Assembly: GCA_040954595.2 (NCBI GenBank)
Contig: CM082584.2
Location: 7,645,919-7,709,918 of the forward strand
Direction of reading: 5' to 3'
From: Balanoglossus misakiensis
Lineage: Eukaryota > Animalia > Hemichordata
Length of the DNA: 64,000 nucleotides
In this document: piece by piece, positions 16,364-31,300 of the stretch
How the letters are laid out: each line of letters starts with the position of its first letter
How positions within the stretch are numbered: the stretch's first letter is position 1
Translations under genes and position numbers: made by a program
Notes under the pieces: generated by a model
The model's database searches: none
What the model saw: only the letters and a program-made list of their open reading frames with translations
Told to the model about the DNA's origin: nothing

Positions 16364-19300
16364 TCGACTTTGCGAAATATCAAAATTTCTTCACTTTTTG
16401 ACAAAAACCATGGGTTATAGCCCATGAAAATCGTCCGAAAATGACAATTTTTCGACTTTGCGAGATATCAAAATTTCTTCACTTTTTGACAAAAACCATG
16501 GGTTATAGCCCATGAAAATCGTCCGAAAATGACAATTTTTCGACTTTGCGAGATATCAAAATTTCTTCACTTTTTGACAAAAACCATGGGTTATAGCCCA
16601 TGAAAATCCTCCGAAAATGACAATTTTTCGACTTTGCGAGATATCAAAATTTCTTCACTTTTTGAAAAAAACCATGGGTTATAGCCCATGAAAATCGTCC
16701 GAAAATGACAATTTTTCGACTTTGCGAGATATCAAAATTTCTTCACTTTTTGATAAAAACCATGGGTTATAGCCCATGAAAATCGTCCGAAAATGACAAT
16801 TTTTCGACTTTACGAGATATCAAAATTTCTTCACTTTTTGATAAAAACCATGGGTTATAGCCCATGAAAATCGTCCGAAAATGACAATTTTTCGACTTTG
16901 CGAGATATCAAAATTTCTTCACTTTTTGACAAAAACCATGGGTTATAGCCCATGAAAATCGTCCGAAAATGACAATTTTTCGACTTTGGGAGATACAGTA
17001 TCAAAATTTCTTCACTTTTTGACAAAAACCATGGGTTATAGCCCATGAAAATCGTCGGAAAATGACAATTTTTCGACTTTGCGAGATATCAAAATTTCTT
17101 CAATTTTTGACAAAAACCATGGGTTATAGCCCATGAAAATCGTCCGAAAATGACAATTTTTCGACTTTGCGAGATATCAAAATTTCTTCAATTTTTGACA
17201 AAAACCATGGGTTATAGCCCATGAAAATCGTCCGAAAATGACAATTTTTCGACTTTGCGAGATATCAAAATTTCTTCAATTTTTGACAAAAACCATGGGT
17301 TATAGCCCATGAAAATCGTCCGAAAATGACAATTTTTCGACTTTGCGAGATATCAAAATTTCTGCAATTTTTGACAAAAACCATGGGTTATAGCCCATGA
17401 AAATCGTCCGAAAATGACAATTTTTCGACTTTGCGAGATATCAAAATTTCTTCACTTTTTGACAAAAACCATGGGTTATAGCCCATGAAAATCGTCGGAA
17501 AATGACAATTTTTCGACTTTGCGAGATATCAAAATTTCTTCAATTTTTGACAAAAACCATGGGTTATAGCCCATGAAAATCGTCGGAAAATGACAATTTT
17601 TCGACTTTGCGAGATATCAAAATTTCTTCAATTTTTGACAAAAACCATGGGTTATAGCCCATGAAAATCGTCGGAAAATGACAATTTTTCGACTTTGCGA
17701 GATATCAAAATTTCTTCAATTTTTGACAAAAACCATGGGTTATAGCCCATGAAAATCGTCCGAAAATGACGATTTTTCGACTTTGCGAGATATCAAAATT
17801 TCTTCAATTTTTGACAAAAACCATGGGTTATAGCCCATGAAAATCGTCCGAAAATGACGATTTTTCGACTTTGCGAGATATCAAAATTTCTTCAATTTTT
17901 GACAAAAACCATGGGTTATAGCCCATGAAAATCGTCCGAAAATGACGATTTTTCGACTTTGCGAGATATCAAAATTTCTTCAATTTTTGACAAAAACCAT
18001 GGGTTATAGCCCATGAAAATCGTCGGAAAATGACAATTTTTCGACTTTGCGAGATATCAAAATTTCTTCAATTTTTGACAAAAACCATGGGTTATAGCCC
18101 ATGAAAATCGTCGGAAAATGACGATTTTTCGACTTTGCGAGATATCAAAATTTCTTCAATTTTTGACAAAAACCATGGGTTATAGCCCATGAAAATCGTC
18201 CGAAAATGACGATTTTTCGACTTTGCGAGATATCAAAATTTCTTCAATTTTTGACAAAAACCATGGGTTATAGCCCATGAAAATCGTCCGAAAATGACGA
18301 TTTTTCGACTTTGCGAGATATCAAAATTTCTTCAATTTTTGACAAAAACCATGGGTTATAGCCCATGAAAATCGTCGGAAAATGACAATTTTTCGACTTT
18401 GCGAGATATCAAAATTTCTTCAATTTTTGACAAAAACCATGGGTTATAGCCCATGAAAATCGTCCGAAAATGACAATTTTTCGACTTTGCGAGATATCAA
18501 AATTTCTTCAATTTTTGACAAAAACCATGGGTTATAGCCCATGAAAATCGTCCGAAAATGACAATTTTTCGACTTTGCGAGATATCAAAATTTCTTCACT
18601 TTTTGACAAAAACCATGGGTTATAGCCCATGAAAATCGTCCGAAAATGACAATTTTTCGACTTTGCGAGATATCAAAATTTCTTCACTTTTTGACAAAAA
18701 CCATGGGTTATAGCCCATGAAAATCGTCCGAAAATGACAATTTTTCGACTTTGCGAGATATCAAAATTTCTTCACAGTTTTGACAAAAACCATGGGTTAT
18801 AGCCCATGAAAATCGTCCGAAAATGACAATTTTTCGACTTTGCGAGATATCAAAATTTCTTCACATTTTTGACAAAAACCATGGGTTATAGCCCATGAAA
18901 ATCGTCCGAAAATGACAATTTTTCGACTTTGCGAGATATCAAAATTTCTTCACATTTTTGACAAAAACCATGGGTTATAGCCCATGAAAATCGTCCGAAA
19001 ATGACAATTTTTCGACTTTGCGAGATATTAAAATTTCTTCACATTTTTGACAAAAACCATTGGTTATAGCCCATGAAAATCGTCCGAAAATGACAATTTT
19101 TCGACTTTGCGAGATATCAAAATTTCTTCAATTTTTGACAAAAACCATGGGTTATAGCCCATGAAAATCGTCCGAAAATGACAATTTTTCGACTTTGCGA
19201 GATATCAAAATTTCTTCAATTTTTGACAAAAACCATGGGTTATAGCCCATGAAAATCGTCCGAAAATGACAATTTTTCGACTTTGCGAGATATCAAAATT

Positions 19301-22300
19301 TCTTCAATTTTTGACAAAAACCATGGGTTATAGCCCATGAAAATCGTCCGAAAATGACAAATTTTCGACTTTGCGAGATATCAAAATTTCTTCAATTTTT
19401 GACAAAAACCATGGGTTATAGCCCATGAAAATCGTCCGAAAATGACCATTTTTCGACTTTGCGAGATATCAAAATTTCTTCAATTTTTGACAAAAACCAT
19501 GGGTTATAGCCCATGAAAATCGTCCGAAAATGACAATTTTTCGACTTTGCGAGATATCAAAATTTCTTCAATTTTTGACAAAAACCATGGGTTATAGCCC
19601 ATGAAAATCGTCCGAAAATGACAATTTTTCGACTTTGCGAGATATCAAAATTTCTTCACTTTTTGACAAAAACCATGGGTTATAGCCCATGAAAATCGTC
19701 CGAAAATGACAATTTTTCGACTTTGCGAGATATCAAAATTTCTTCACTTTTTGACAAAAACCATGGGTTATAGCCCATGAAAATCGTCCGAAAATGACAA
19801 TTTTTCGACTTTGCGAGATATCAAAATTTCTTCACAGTTTTGACAAAAACCATGGGTTATAGCCCATGAAAATCGTCCGAAAATGACAATTTTTCGACTT
19901 TGCGAGATATCAAAATTTCTTCACATTTTTGACAAAAACCATGGGTTATAGCCCATGAAAATCGTCCGAAAATGACAATTTTTCGACTTTGCGAGATATC
20001 AAAATTTCTTCACATTTTTGACAAAAACCATGGGTTATAGCTCAGGAAATCGTCCGAAAATGACAATTTTTCGACTTTGCGAGATATCAAAATTTCTTCA
20101 ATTTTTGACAAAAACCATGGGTTATAGCCCATGAAAATCGTCCGAAAATGACAAATTTTCGACTTTGCGAGATATCAAAATTTCTTCAATTTTTGACAAA
20201 AACCATGGGTTATAGCCCATGAAAATCGTCCGAAAATGACAATTTTTCGACTTTGCGAGATATCAAAATTTCTTCAATTTTTGACAAAAACCATGGGTTA
20301 TAGCCCATGAAAATCGTCCGAAAATGACAATTTTTCGACTTTGCGAGATATCAAAATTTCTTCAATTTTTGACAAAAACCATGGGTTATAGCCCATGAAA
20401 ATCGTCCGAAAATGACAATTTTTCGACTTTGCGAGATATCAAAATTTCTTCACTTTTTGACAAAAACCATGGGTTATAGCCCATGAAAATCGTCCGAAAA
20501 TGACAATTTTTCGACTTTGCGAGATATCAAAATTTCTTCACTTTTTGACAAAAACCATGGGTTATAGCCCATGAAAATCGTCCGAAAATGACAATTTTTC
20601 GACTTTGCGAGATATCAAAATTTCTTCACAGTTTTGACAAAAACCATGGGTTATAGCCCATGAAAATCGTCCGAAAATGACAATTTTTCGACTTTGCGAG
20701 ATATCAAAATTTCTTCACATTTTTGACAAAAACCATGGGTTATAGCCCATGAAAATCGTCCGAAAATGACAATTTTTCGACTTTGCGAGATATCAAAATT
20801 TCTTCACATTTTTGACAAAAACCATGGGTTATAGCTCAGGAAATCGTCCGAAAATGACAATTTTTCGACTTCCCGGCATTTCAAAATTTCATCGATTTTT
20901 GACAAAAACCATGGGTTATAGCTCAGGAAATCGTCCAAAAATGACAATTTTTCGACTTCCCGGCATTTCAAAATTTCATCGATTTTTGACAAAAACCATG
21001 GGTTATAGCTCAGGAAATCGTCCAAAAATGACAATTTTTCGACTTCCCGGCATTTAAAAATTTCATCGATTTTTGACAAAAACCATGGGTTATAGCTCAG
21101 GAAATCGTCCAAAAATGACAATTTTTCGACTTCCCGGCATTTCAAAATTTCATCGATTTTTGACAAAAACCATGGGTTATAGCTCAGGAAATCGTCCAAA
21201 AATGACAATTTTTCGACTTCCCGGCATTTCAAAATTTCATCGATTTTTGACAAAAACCATGGGTTATAGCTCAGGAAATCGTCCAAAAATGACAATTTTT
21301 CGACTTCCCGGCATTTCAAAATTTCATCGATTTGTGACAAAAACCATGGGTTATAGCTCAGGAAATCGTCCAAAAATGACAATTTTTCGACTTCCCGGCA
21401 TTTCAAAATTTCATCGATTTGTGACAAAAACCATGGGTTATAGCTCAGGAAATCATCCAAAAATGACAATTTTTCGACTTCCCGGCATTTCAAAATTTCA
21501 TGGATTTGTGACAAAAACCATGGGTTATAGCTCAGGAAATCGTCCAAAAATGACAATTTTTCGACTTCCCGGCATTTCAAAATTTCATCGATTTGTGACA
21601 AAAACCATGGGTTATAGCTCAGGAAATCGTCCAAAAATGACAATTTTTCGACTTCCCGGCATTTCAAAATTTCATCGATTTGTGACAAAAACCATGGGTT
21701 ATAGCTCAGGAAATCGTCCAAAAATGACAATTTTTCGACTTCCCGGCATTTCAAAATTTCATCGATTTTTGACAAAAACCATGGGTTATAGCTCAGGAAA
21801 TCGTCCAAAAATGACAATTTTTCGACTTCCCGGCATTTCAAAATTTCATCGATTTGTGACAAAAACCATGGGTTATAGCTCAGGAAATCGTCCAAAAATG
21901 ACAATTTTTCGACTTCCCGGCATTTCAAAATTTCAACGATTTTTGACAAAAGCCATGGGTTATAGCCCATGAAAATCGTCCGAAAATGACAATTTTTCGA
22001 CTTCCCGGCATTTCAAAATTTCAACGATTTTTGACAAAAACCATGGGTTATAGCCCATGAAAATCGTCCGAAAATGACAATTTTTCGACTTTGCGAGATA
22101 TCAAAATTTCTTCACAGTTTTGACAAAAACCATGGGTTATAGCCCATGAAAATCGTCCGAAAATGACAATTTTTCGACTTTGCGAGATATCAAAATTTCT
22201 TCACATTTTTGACAAAAACCATGGGTTATAGCCCATGAAAATCGTCCGAAAATGACAATTTTTCGACTTTGCGAGATATCAAAATTTCTTCACATTTTTG

Positions 22301-25300
22301 ACAAAAACCATGGGTTATAGCCCATGAAAATCGTCCGAAAATGACAATTTTTCGACTTTGCGAGATATCAAAATTTCTTCAATTTTTGACAAAAACCATG
22401 GGTTATAGCCCATGAAAATCGTCCGAAAATGACAATTTTTCGACTTTGCGAGATATCAAAATTTCTTCAATTTTTGACAAAAACCATGGGTTATAGCCCA
22501 TGAAAATCGTCCGAAAATGACAATTTTTCGACTTTGCGAGATATCAAAATTTCTTCGATTTTTGACAAAAACCATGGGTTATAGCCCATGAAAATCGTCC
22601 GAAAATGACAATTTTTCGACTTCCCGGCATTTCAAAATTTCATCGATTTTTGACAAAAACCATGGGTTATAGCTCAGGAAATCGTCCAAAAATGACAATT
22701 TTTCGACTTCCCGGCATTTCAAAATTTCATCGATTTTTGACAAAAACCATGGGTTATAGCTCAGGAAATCGTCCAAAAATGACAATTTTTCGACTTCCCG
22801 GCATTTCAAAATTTCATCGATTTTTGACAAAAACCATGGGTTATAGCTCAGGAAATCGTCCAAAAATGACAATTTTTCGACTTCCCGGCATTTCAAAATT
22901 TCATCGATTTTTGACAAAAACCATGGGTTATAGCTCAGGAAATCGTCCAAAAATGACAATTTTTCGACTTCCCGGCATTTCAAAATTTCATCGATTTGTG
23001 ACAAAAACCATGGGTTATAGCTCAGGAAATCGTCCAAAAATGACAATTTTTCGACTTCCCGGCATTTCAAAATTTCATCGATTTTTGACAAAAACCATGG
23101 GTTATAGCTCAGGAAATCGTCCAAAAATGACAATTTTTCGACTTCCCGGCATTTCAAAATTTCATCGATTTGTGACAAAAACCATGGGTTATAGCTCAGG
23201 AAATCGTCCAAAAATGACAATTTTTCGACTTCCCGGCATTTCAAAATTTCAACGATTTTTGACAAAAGCCATGGGTTATAGCCCATGAAAATCGTCCGAA
23301 AATGACAATTTTTCGACTTCCCGGCATTTCAAAATTTCAACGATTTTTGACAAAAACCATGGGTTATAGCCCATGAAAATCGTCCGAAAATGACAATTTT
23401 TCGACTTTGCGAGATATCAAAATTTCTTCACAGTTTTGACAAAAACCATGGGTTATAGCCCATGAAAATCGTCCGAAAATGACAATTTTTCGACTTTGCG
23501 AGATATCAAAATTTCTTCACATTTTTGACAAAAACCATGGGTTATAGCCCATGAAAATCGTCCGAAAATGACAATTTTTCGACTTTGCGAGATATCAAAA
23601 TTTCTTCACATTTTTGACAAAAACCATGGGTTATAGCCCATGAAAATCGTCCGAAAATGACAATTTTTCGACTTTGCGAGATATCAAAATTTCTTCAATT
23701 TTTGACAAAAACCATGGGTTATAGCCCATGAAAATCGTCCGAAAATGACAATTTTTCGACTTTGCGAGATATCAAAATTTCTTCAATTTTTGACAAAAAC
23801 CATGGGTTATAGCCCATGAAAATCGTCCGAAAATGACAATTTTTCGACTTTGCGAGATATCAAAATTTCTTCGATTTTTGACAAAAACCATGGGTTATAG
23901 CCCATGAAAATCGTCCGAAAATGACAATTTTTCGACTTCCCGGCATTTCAAAATTTCATCGATTTTTGACAAAAACCATGGGTTATAGCTCAGGAAATCG
24001 TCCAAAAATGACAATTTTTCGACTTCCCGGCATTTCAAAATTTCATCGATTTTTGACAAAAACCATGGGTTATAGCTCAGGAAATCGTCCAAAAATGACA
24101 ATTTTTCGACTTCCCGGCATTTCAAAATTTCATCGATTTTTGACAAAAACCATGGGTTATAGCTCAGGAAATCGTCCAAAAATGACAATTTTTCGACTTC
24201 CCGGCATTTCAAAATTTCATCGATTTTTGACAAAAACCATGGGTTATAGCTCAGGAAATCGTCCAAAAATGACAATTTTTCGACTTCCCGGCATTTCAAA
24301 ATTTCATCGATTTTTGACAAAAACCATGGGTTATAGCTCAGGAAATCGTCCGAAAATGACAATTTTTCGACTTCCCGGCATTTCAAAATTTCATCGATTT
24401 TTGACAAAAACCATGGGTTATAGCTCAGGAAATCGTCCAAAAATGACAATTTTTCGACTTCCCGGCATTTCAAAATTTCATCGATTTTTGACAAAAACCA
24501 TGGGTTATAGCTCAGGAAATCGTCCAAAAATGACAATTTTTCGACTTCCCGGCATTTCAAAATTTCATCGATTTTTGACAAAAACCATGGGTTATAGCTC
24601 AGGAAATCGTCCAAAAATGACAATTTTTCGACTTCCCGGCATTTCAAAATTTCATCGATTTTTGACAAAAACCATGGGTTATAGCTCAGGAAATCGTCCA
24701 AAAATGACAATTTTTCGACTTCCCGGCATTTCAAAATTTCATCGATTTTTGACAAAAACCATGGGTTATAGCTCAGGAAATCGTCCAAAAATGACAATTT
24801 TTCGACTTCCCGGCATTTCAAAATTTCATCGATTTTTGACAAAAACCATGGGTTATAGCTCAGGAAATCGTCCAAAAATGACAATTTTTCGACTTCCCGG
24901 CATTTCAAAATTTCATCGATTTTTGACAAAAACCATGGGTTATAGCTCAGGAAATCGTCCGAAAATGACAATTTTTCGACTTCCCGGCATTTCAAAATTT
25001 CATCGATTTTTGACAAAAACCATGGGTTATAGCTCAGGAAATCGTCCAAAAATGACAATTTTTCGACTTCCCGGCATTTCAAAATTTCATCGATTTTTGA
25101 CAAAAACCATGGGTTATAGCTCAGGAAATCGTCCAAAAATGACAATTTTTCGACTTCCCGGCATTTCAAAATTTCATCGATTTTTGACAAAAACCATGGG
25201 TTATAGCTCAGGAAATCGTCCAAAAATGACAATTTTTCGACTTCCCGGCATTTCAAAATTTCATCGATTTTTGACAAAAACCATGGGTTATAGCTCAGGA

Positions 25301-28300
25301 AATCGTCCAAAAATGACAATTTTTCGACTTCCCGGCATTTCAAAATTTCATCGATTTTTGACAAAAACCATGGGTTATAGCCCATGAAAATCGTCCGAAA
25401 ATGACAATTTTTCGACTTCCCGGCATTTCAAAATTTCATCGATTTTTGACAAAAACCATGGGTTATAGCTCAGGAAATCGTCCAAAAATGACAATTTTTC
25501 GACTTCCCGGCATTTCAAAATTTCATCGATTTTTGACAAAAACCATGGGTTATAGCTCAGGAAATCGTCCAAAAATGACAATTTTTCGACTTCCCGGCAT
25601 TTCAAAATTTCATCGATTTTTGACAAAAACCATGGGTTATAGCTCAGGAAATCGTCCAAAAATGACAATTTTTCGACTTCCCGGCATTTCAAAATTTCAT
25701 CGATTTTTGACAAAAACCATGGGTTATAGCTCAGGAAATCGTCCAAAAATGACAATTTTTCGACTTCCCGGCATTTCAAAATTTCATCGATTTGTGACAA
25801 AAACCATGGGTTATAGCTCAGGAAATCGTCCAAAAATGACAATTTTTCGACTTCCCGGCATTTCAAAATTTCATCGATTTTTGACAAAAACCATGGGTTA
25901 TAGCTCAGGAAATCGTCCAAAAATGACAATTTTTCGACTTCCCGGCATTTCAAAATTTCATCGATTTGTGACAAAAACCATGGGTTATAGCTCAGGAAAT
26001 CGTCCAAAAATGACAATTTTTCGACTTCCCGGCATTTCAAAATTTCATCGATTTTTGACAAAAACCATGGGTTATAGCTCAGGAAATCGTCCAAAAATGA
26101 CAATTTTTCGACTTCCCGGCATTTCAAAATTTCATCGATTTTTGACAAAAACCATGGGTTATAGCTCAGGAAATCGTCCAAAAATGACAATTTTTCGACT
26201 TCCCGGCATTTCAAAATTTCATCGATTTTTGACAAAAACCATGGGTTATAGCTCAGGAAATCGTCCAAAAATGACAATTTTTCGACTTCCCGGCATTTCA
26301 AAATTTCATCGATTTTTGACAAAAACCATGGGTTATAGCTCAGGAAATCGTCCAAAAATGACAATTTTTCGACTTCCCGGCATTTCAAAATTTCATCGAT
26401 TTTTGACAAAAACCATGGGTTATAGCTCAGGAAATCGTCCAAAAATGACAATTTTTCGACTTCCCGGCATTTCAAAATTTCATCGATTTTTGACAAAAAC
26501 CATGGGTTATAGCTCAGGAAATCGTCCAAAAATGACAATTTTTCGACTTCCCGGCATTTCAAAATTTCATCGATTTTTGACAAAAACCATGGGTTATAGC
26601 TCAGGAAATCGTCCAAAAATGACAATTTTTCGACTTCCCGGCATTTCAAAATTTCATCGATTTTTGACAAAAACCATGGGTTATAGCTCAGGAAATCGTC
26701 CAAAAATGACAATTTTTCGACTTCCCGGCATTTCAAAATTTCATCGATTTTTGACAAAAACCATGGGTTATAGCTCAGGAAATCGTCCAAAAATGACAAT
26801 TTTTCGACTTCCCGGCATTTCAAAATTTCATCGATTTTTGACAAAAACCATGGGTTATAGCTCAGGAAATCGTCCAAAAATGACAATTTTTCGACTTCCC
26901 GGCATTTCAAAATTTCATCGATTTTTGACAAAAACCATGGGTTATAGCTCAGGAAATCGTCCAAAAATGACAATTTTTCGACTTCCCGGCATTTCAAAAT
27001 TTCATCGATTTTTGACAAAAACCATGGGTTATAGCTCAGGAAATCGTCCAAAAATGACAATTTTTCGACTTCCCGGCATTTCAAAATTTCATCGATTTTT
27101 GACAAAAACCATGGGTTATAGCTCAGGAAATCGTCCAAAAATGACAATTTTTCGACTTCCCGGCATTTCAAAATTTCATCGATTTTTGACAAAAACCATG
27201 GGTTATAGCTCAGGAAATCGTCCAAAAATGACAATTTTTCGACTTCCCGGCATTTCAAAATGTCATCGATTTTTGACAAAAACCATGGGTTATAGCTCAG
27301 GAAATCGTCCGAAAATGACAATTTTTCGACTTCCCGGCATTTCAAAATGTCATCGATTTTTGACAAAAACCATGGGTTATAGCTCAGGAAATCGTCCGAA
27401 AATGACAATTTTTCGACTTCCCGGCATTTCAAAATGTCATCGATTTGTGACAAAAACCATGGGTTATAGCTCAGGAAATCGTCCGAAAATGACAATTTTT
27501 CGACTTCCCGGCATTTCAAAATTTCATCGATTTGTGACAAAAACCATGGGTTATAGCTCAGGAAATCGTCCAAAAATGACAATTTTTCGACTTCCCGGCA
27601 TTTCAAAATTTCATCGATTTGTGACAAAAACCATGGGTTATAGCTCAGGAAATCGTCCAAAAATGACAATTTTTCGACTTCCCGGCATTTCAAAATTTCA
27701 TCGATTTGTGACAAAAACCATGGGTTATAGCTCAGGAAATCGTCCAAAAATGACAATTTTTCGACTTCCCGGCATTTCAAAATTTCATCGATTTGTGACA
27801 AAAACCATGGGTTATAGCTCAGGAAATCGTCCAAAAATGACAATTTTTCGACTTCCCGGCATTTCAAAATTTCATCGATTTGTGACAAAAACCATGGGTT
27901 ATAGCTCAGGAAATCGTCCAAAAATGACAATTTTTCGACTTCCCGGCATTTCAAAATTTCATCGATTTGTGACAAAAACCATGGGTTATAGCTCAGGAAA
28001 TCGTCCAAAAATGACAATTTTTCGACTTCCCGGCATTTCAAAATTTCATCGATTTGTGACAAAACCATGGGTTATAGCTCAGGAAATCGTCCAAAAATGA
28101 CAATTTTTCGACTTCCCGGCATTTCAAAATTTCATCGATTTGTGACAAAAACCATGGGTTATAGCTCAGGAAATCGTCCAAAAATGACAATTTTTCGTCT
28201 TCCCGGCATTTCAAAATTTCATCGATTTGTGACAAAACCATGGGTTATAGCTCAGGAAATCGTCCAAAAATGACAATTTTTCGACTTCCCGCATTTCAAA

Positions 28301-31300
28301 ATTTCATCGATTTGTGACAAAAACCATGGGTTATAGCTCAGGAAATCGACCGAAATGACAATTTTTCGACTTCCCGGGCATTTCAAAATTTCATCGATTT
28401 TTGACAAAAACCATGGGTTATAGCTCAGGAAATCGTCCGGAAAATGACAATTTTTCGACTTTGCGAGATATCAAAATTTCTTCACTTTTTGACAAAAACC
28501 ATGGGTTATAGCCCATGAAAATCGTCCGAAAATGACAATTTTTCGACTTTGCGAGATATCAAAATTTCTTCACTTCTTGACAAAAACCATGGGTTATAGC
28601 CCATGAAAATCGTCCGAAAATGACAATTTTCGACTTCCCGGCATTTCAAAATTTCATCGATTTTTGACAAAAACCATGGGTTATAGCTCAGGAAATCGTC
28701 CAAAAATGACAATTTTTCGACTTCCCGGCATTTCAAAATTTCATCGATTTTTGACAAAAACCATGGTTATAGCTCAGGAATCGTCCAAAATGACAATTTT
28801 TCGACTTCCCGGCATTTCAAAATTTCATCGATTTTTGACAAAAACCATGGGTTATAGCTCAGGAAATCGTCCAAAAATGACAATTTTCGACTTCCCGGCA
28901 TTTCAAAATTTCATCGATTTTTGACAAAAACCATGGTTATAGCTCAGGAAATCGTCCAAAAAATGACAATTTTTCGACTTCCCGGCATTTCAAAATTTCA
29001 TCGATTTTTGACAAAAACCATGGGTTATAGCTCAGGAAATCGTCCAAAAATGACAATTTTTCGACTTCCCGGCATTTCAAAATTTCATCGATTTTTGACA
29101 AAACCATGGGTTATAGCTCAGGAAATCGTCAAAAATGACATTTTTCGACTTCCCGGCATTTCAAAATTTCATCGATTTTTGACAAAAACCATGGGTTATA
29201 GCTCAGGAAATCGTCCAAAAATGACAATTTTTCGACTTCCCGGCATTTCAAAATTTCATCGATTTTGACAAAAACCATGGGTTATAGCTCAGGAAATCGT
29301 CCAAAAATGACAATTTTTCGACTTCCCGGCATTTCAAAATTTCATCGATTTTTGACAAAAACCATGGTTATAGCTCAGGAAATCGTCCAAAATGACAATT
29401 TTTCGACTTCCCGGCATTTCAAAATTTCATCGATTTGTGACAAAAACCATGGGTTATAGCTCAGGAAATCGTCCAAAAATGACAATTTTTCGACTTCCCG
29501 GCATTTCAAAATTTCATCGATTTTTGACAAAAACCATGGGTTATAGCTCAGGAAATCGTCCGAAAATGACAATTTTTCGACTTCCCGCATTTCAAAATTT
29601 CATCGATTTTTGACAAAAACCATGGGTTATAGCTCAGGAAATCGTCCAAAAATGACAATTTTTCGACTTCCGGCATTTCAAAATTTCATCGATTTTTGAC
29701 AAAAACCATGGGTTATAGCTCAGGAAATCGCTCAAAAATGACAATTTTTCGACTTCCCGGCATTTCAAAATTTCATCGATTTTTGACAAAACCCATGGGT
29801 TATAGCTCAGGAAATCGTCCAAAATGACAATTTTTCGACTTCCCTGCATTTCAAAATTTCATCGATTTTTGACAAAAACCATGGGTTATAGCTCAGGAAA
29901 TCGTCCAAAAATGACAATTTTTCGACTTCCCGGCATTTCAAAATTTCATCGATTTTTGACAAAAACCATGGGTTATAGCTCAGGAAATCGTCCAAAAATG
30001 ACAATTTTTCGACTTCCCGGCATTTCAAAATTTCATCGATTTGTGACAAAAACCATGGGTTATAGCCCATGAAAATCGTCCGAAAATGACAATTTTTCGA
30101 CTTTGCGAGATATCAAAATTTCTTCAATTTTCGACAAAAACCATGGGTTATAGCTCAGGAAATCGTCCAAAAATGACAATTTTCGACTTCCCGGCATTTT
30201 CAAAATTTCATCGATTTTTGACAAAAACCATGGGTTATAGCTCAGGAAATCGTCCAAAAATGACAATTTTTCGACTTCCCGGCATTTCAAAATTTCATCG
30301 ATTTTTGACAAAAACCATGGGTTATAGCTCAGGAAATCGTCCAAAAATGACAATTTTCGACTTCCCGGCATTTCAAAATTTCATCGATTTTTGACAAAAC
30401 CATGGGTTATAGCTCAGGAAATCGTCCAAAAATGACAATTTTTCGACTTCCCGGCATTTCAAAATTTCATCGATTTTTGACAAAAACCATGGGTTATAGC
30501 TCAGGAAATCGTCCAAAAATGACCAATTTTTCGACTTCCCGGCATTTCAAAATTTCATCGATTTTTGACAAAAACCATGGGTTATAGCTCAGGAAATCGT
30601 CCAAAAATGACAATTTTTCGACTTCCCGGCATTTCAAAATTTCATCGATTTGTGACAAAAACCATGGGTTATAGCCCATGAAAATCGTCCGAAAATGACA
30701 ATTTTTCGACTTTGCGAGATATCAAAATTTCTTCAATTTTCGACAAAGCTCAGGAAATCGTCCAAAAATGACAATTTTTCGACTTCCCCGGCATTTCAAA
30801 ATTTCATCGATTTTGACAAAAACCATGGGTTATAGCTCAGGAAATCGTCCAAAAATGACAATTTTTCGACTTCCCGGCATTTCAAAATTTCATCGATTTT
30901 TGACAAAAACCATGGGTTATAGCTCAGGAAATCGTCCAAAAATGACAATTTTTCGACTTCCCGGCATTTCAAAATTTCATCGATTTTTGACAAAAACCAT
31001 GGGTTATAGCTCAGGAAATCGTCCAAAAATGACAATTTTTCGACTTCCCGGCATTTCAAAATTTCATCGATTTTTGACAAAAACCATGGGTTATAGCTCA
31101 GGAAATCGTCCAAAAATGACAATTTTTCGACTTCCCGGCATTTCAAAATTTCATCGATTTTGACAAAAACCATGGGTTATAGCTCAGGAAATCGTCCAAA
31201 AATGACAATTTTTCGACTTCCCGGCATTTCAAAATTTCAACGATTTTTGACAAAAACCATGGGTTATAGCTCAGGAAATCGTCCAAAAATGACAATTTTT

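Noticed and set aside
16412-16420. GGGTTA telomere-like hexamer in each monomer; possible CENP-B box at ttcg
   Set aside because: Only one isolated hexamer per monomer, not tandem. Neither monomer matches TTCGnnnnAnnCGGG.
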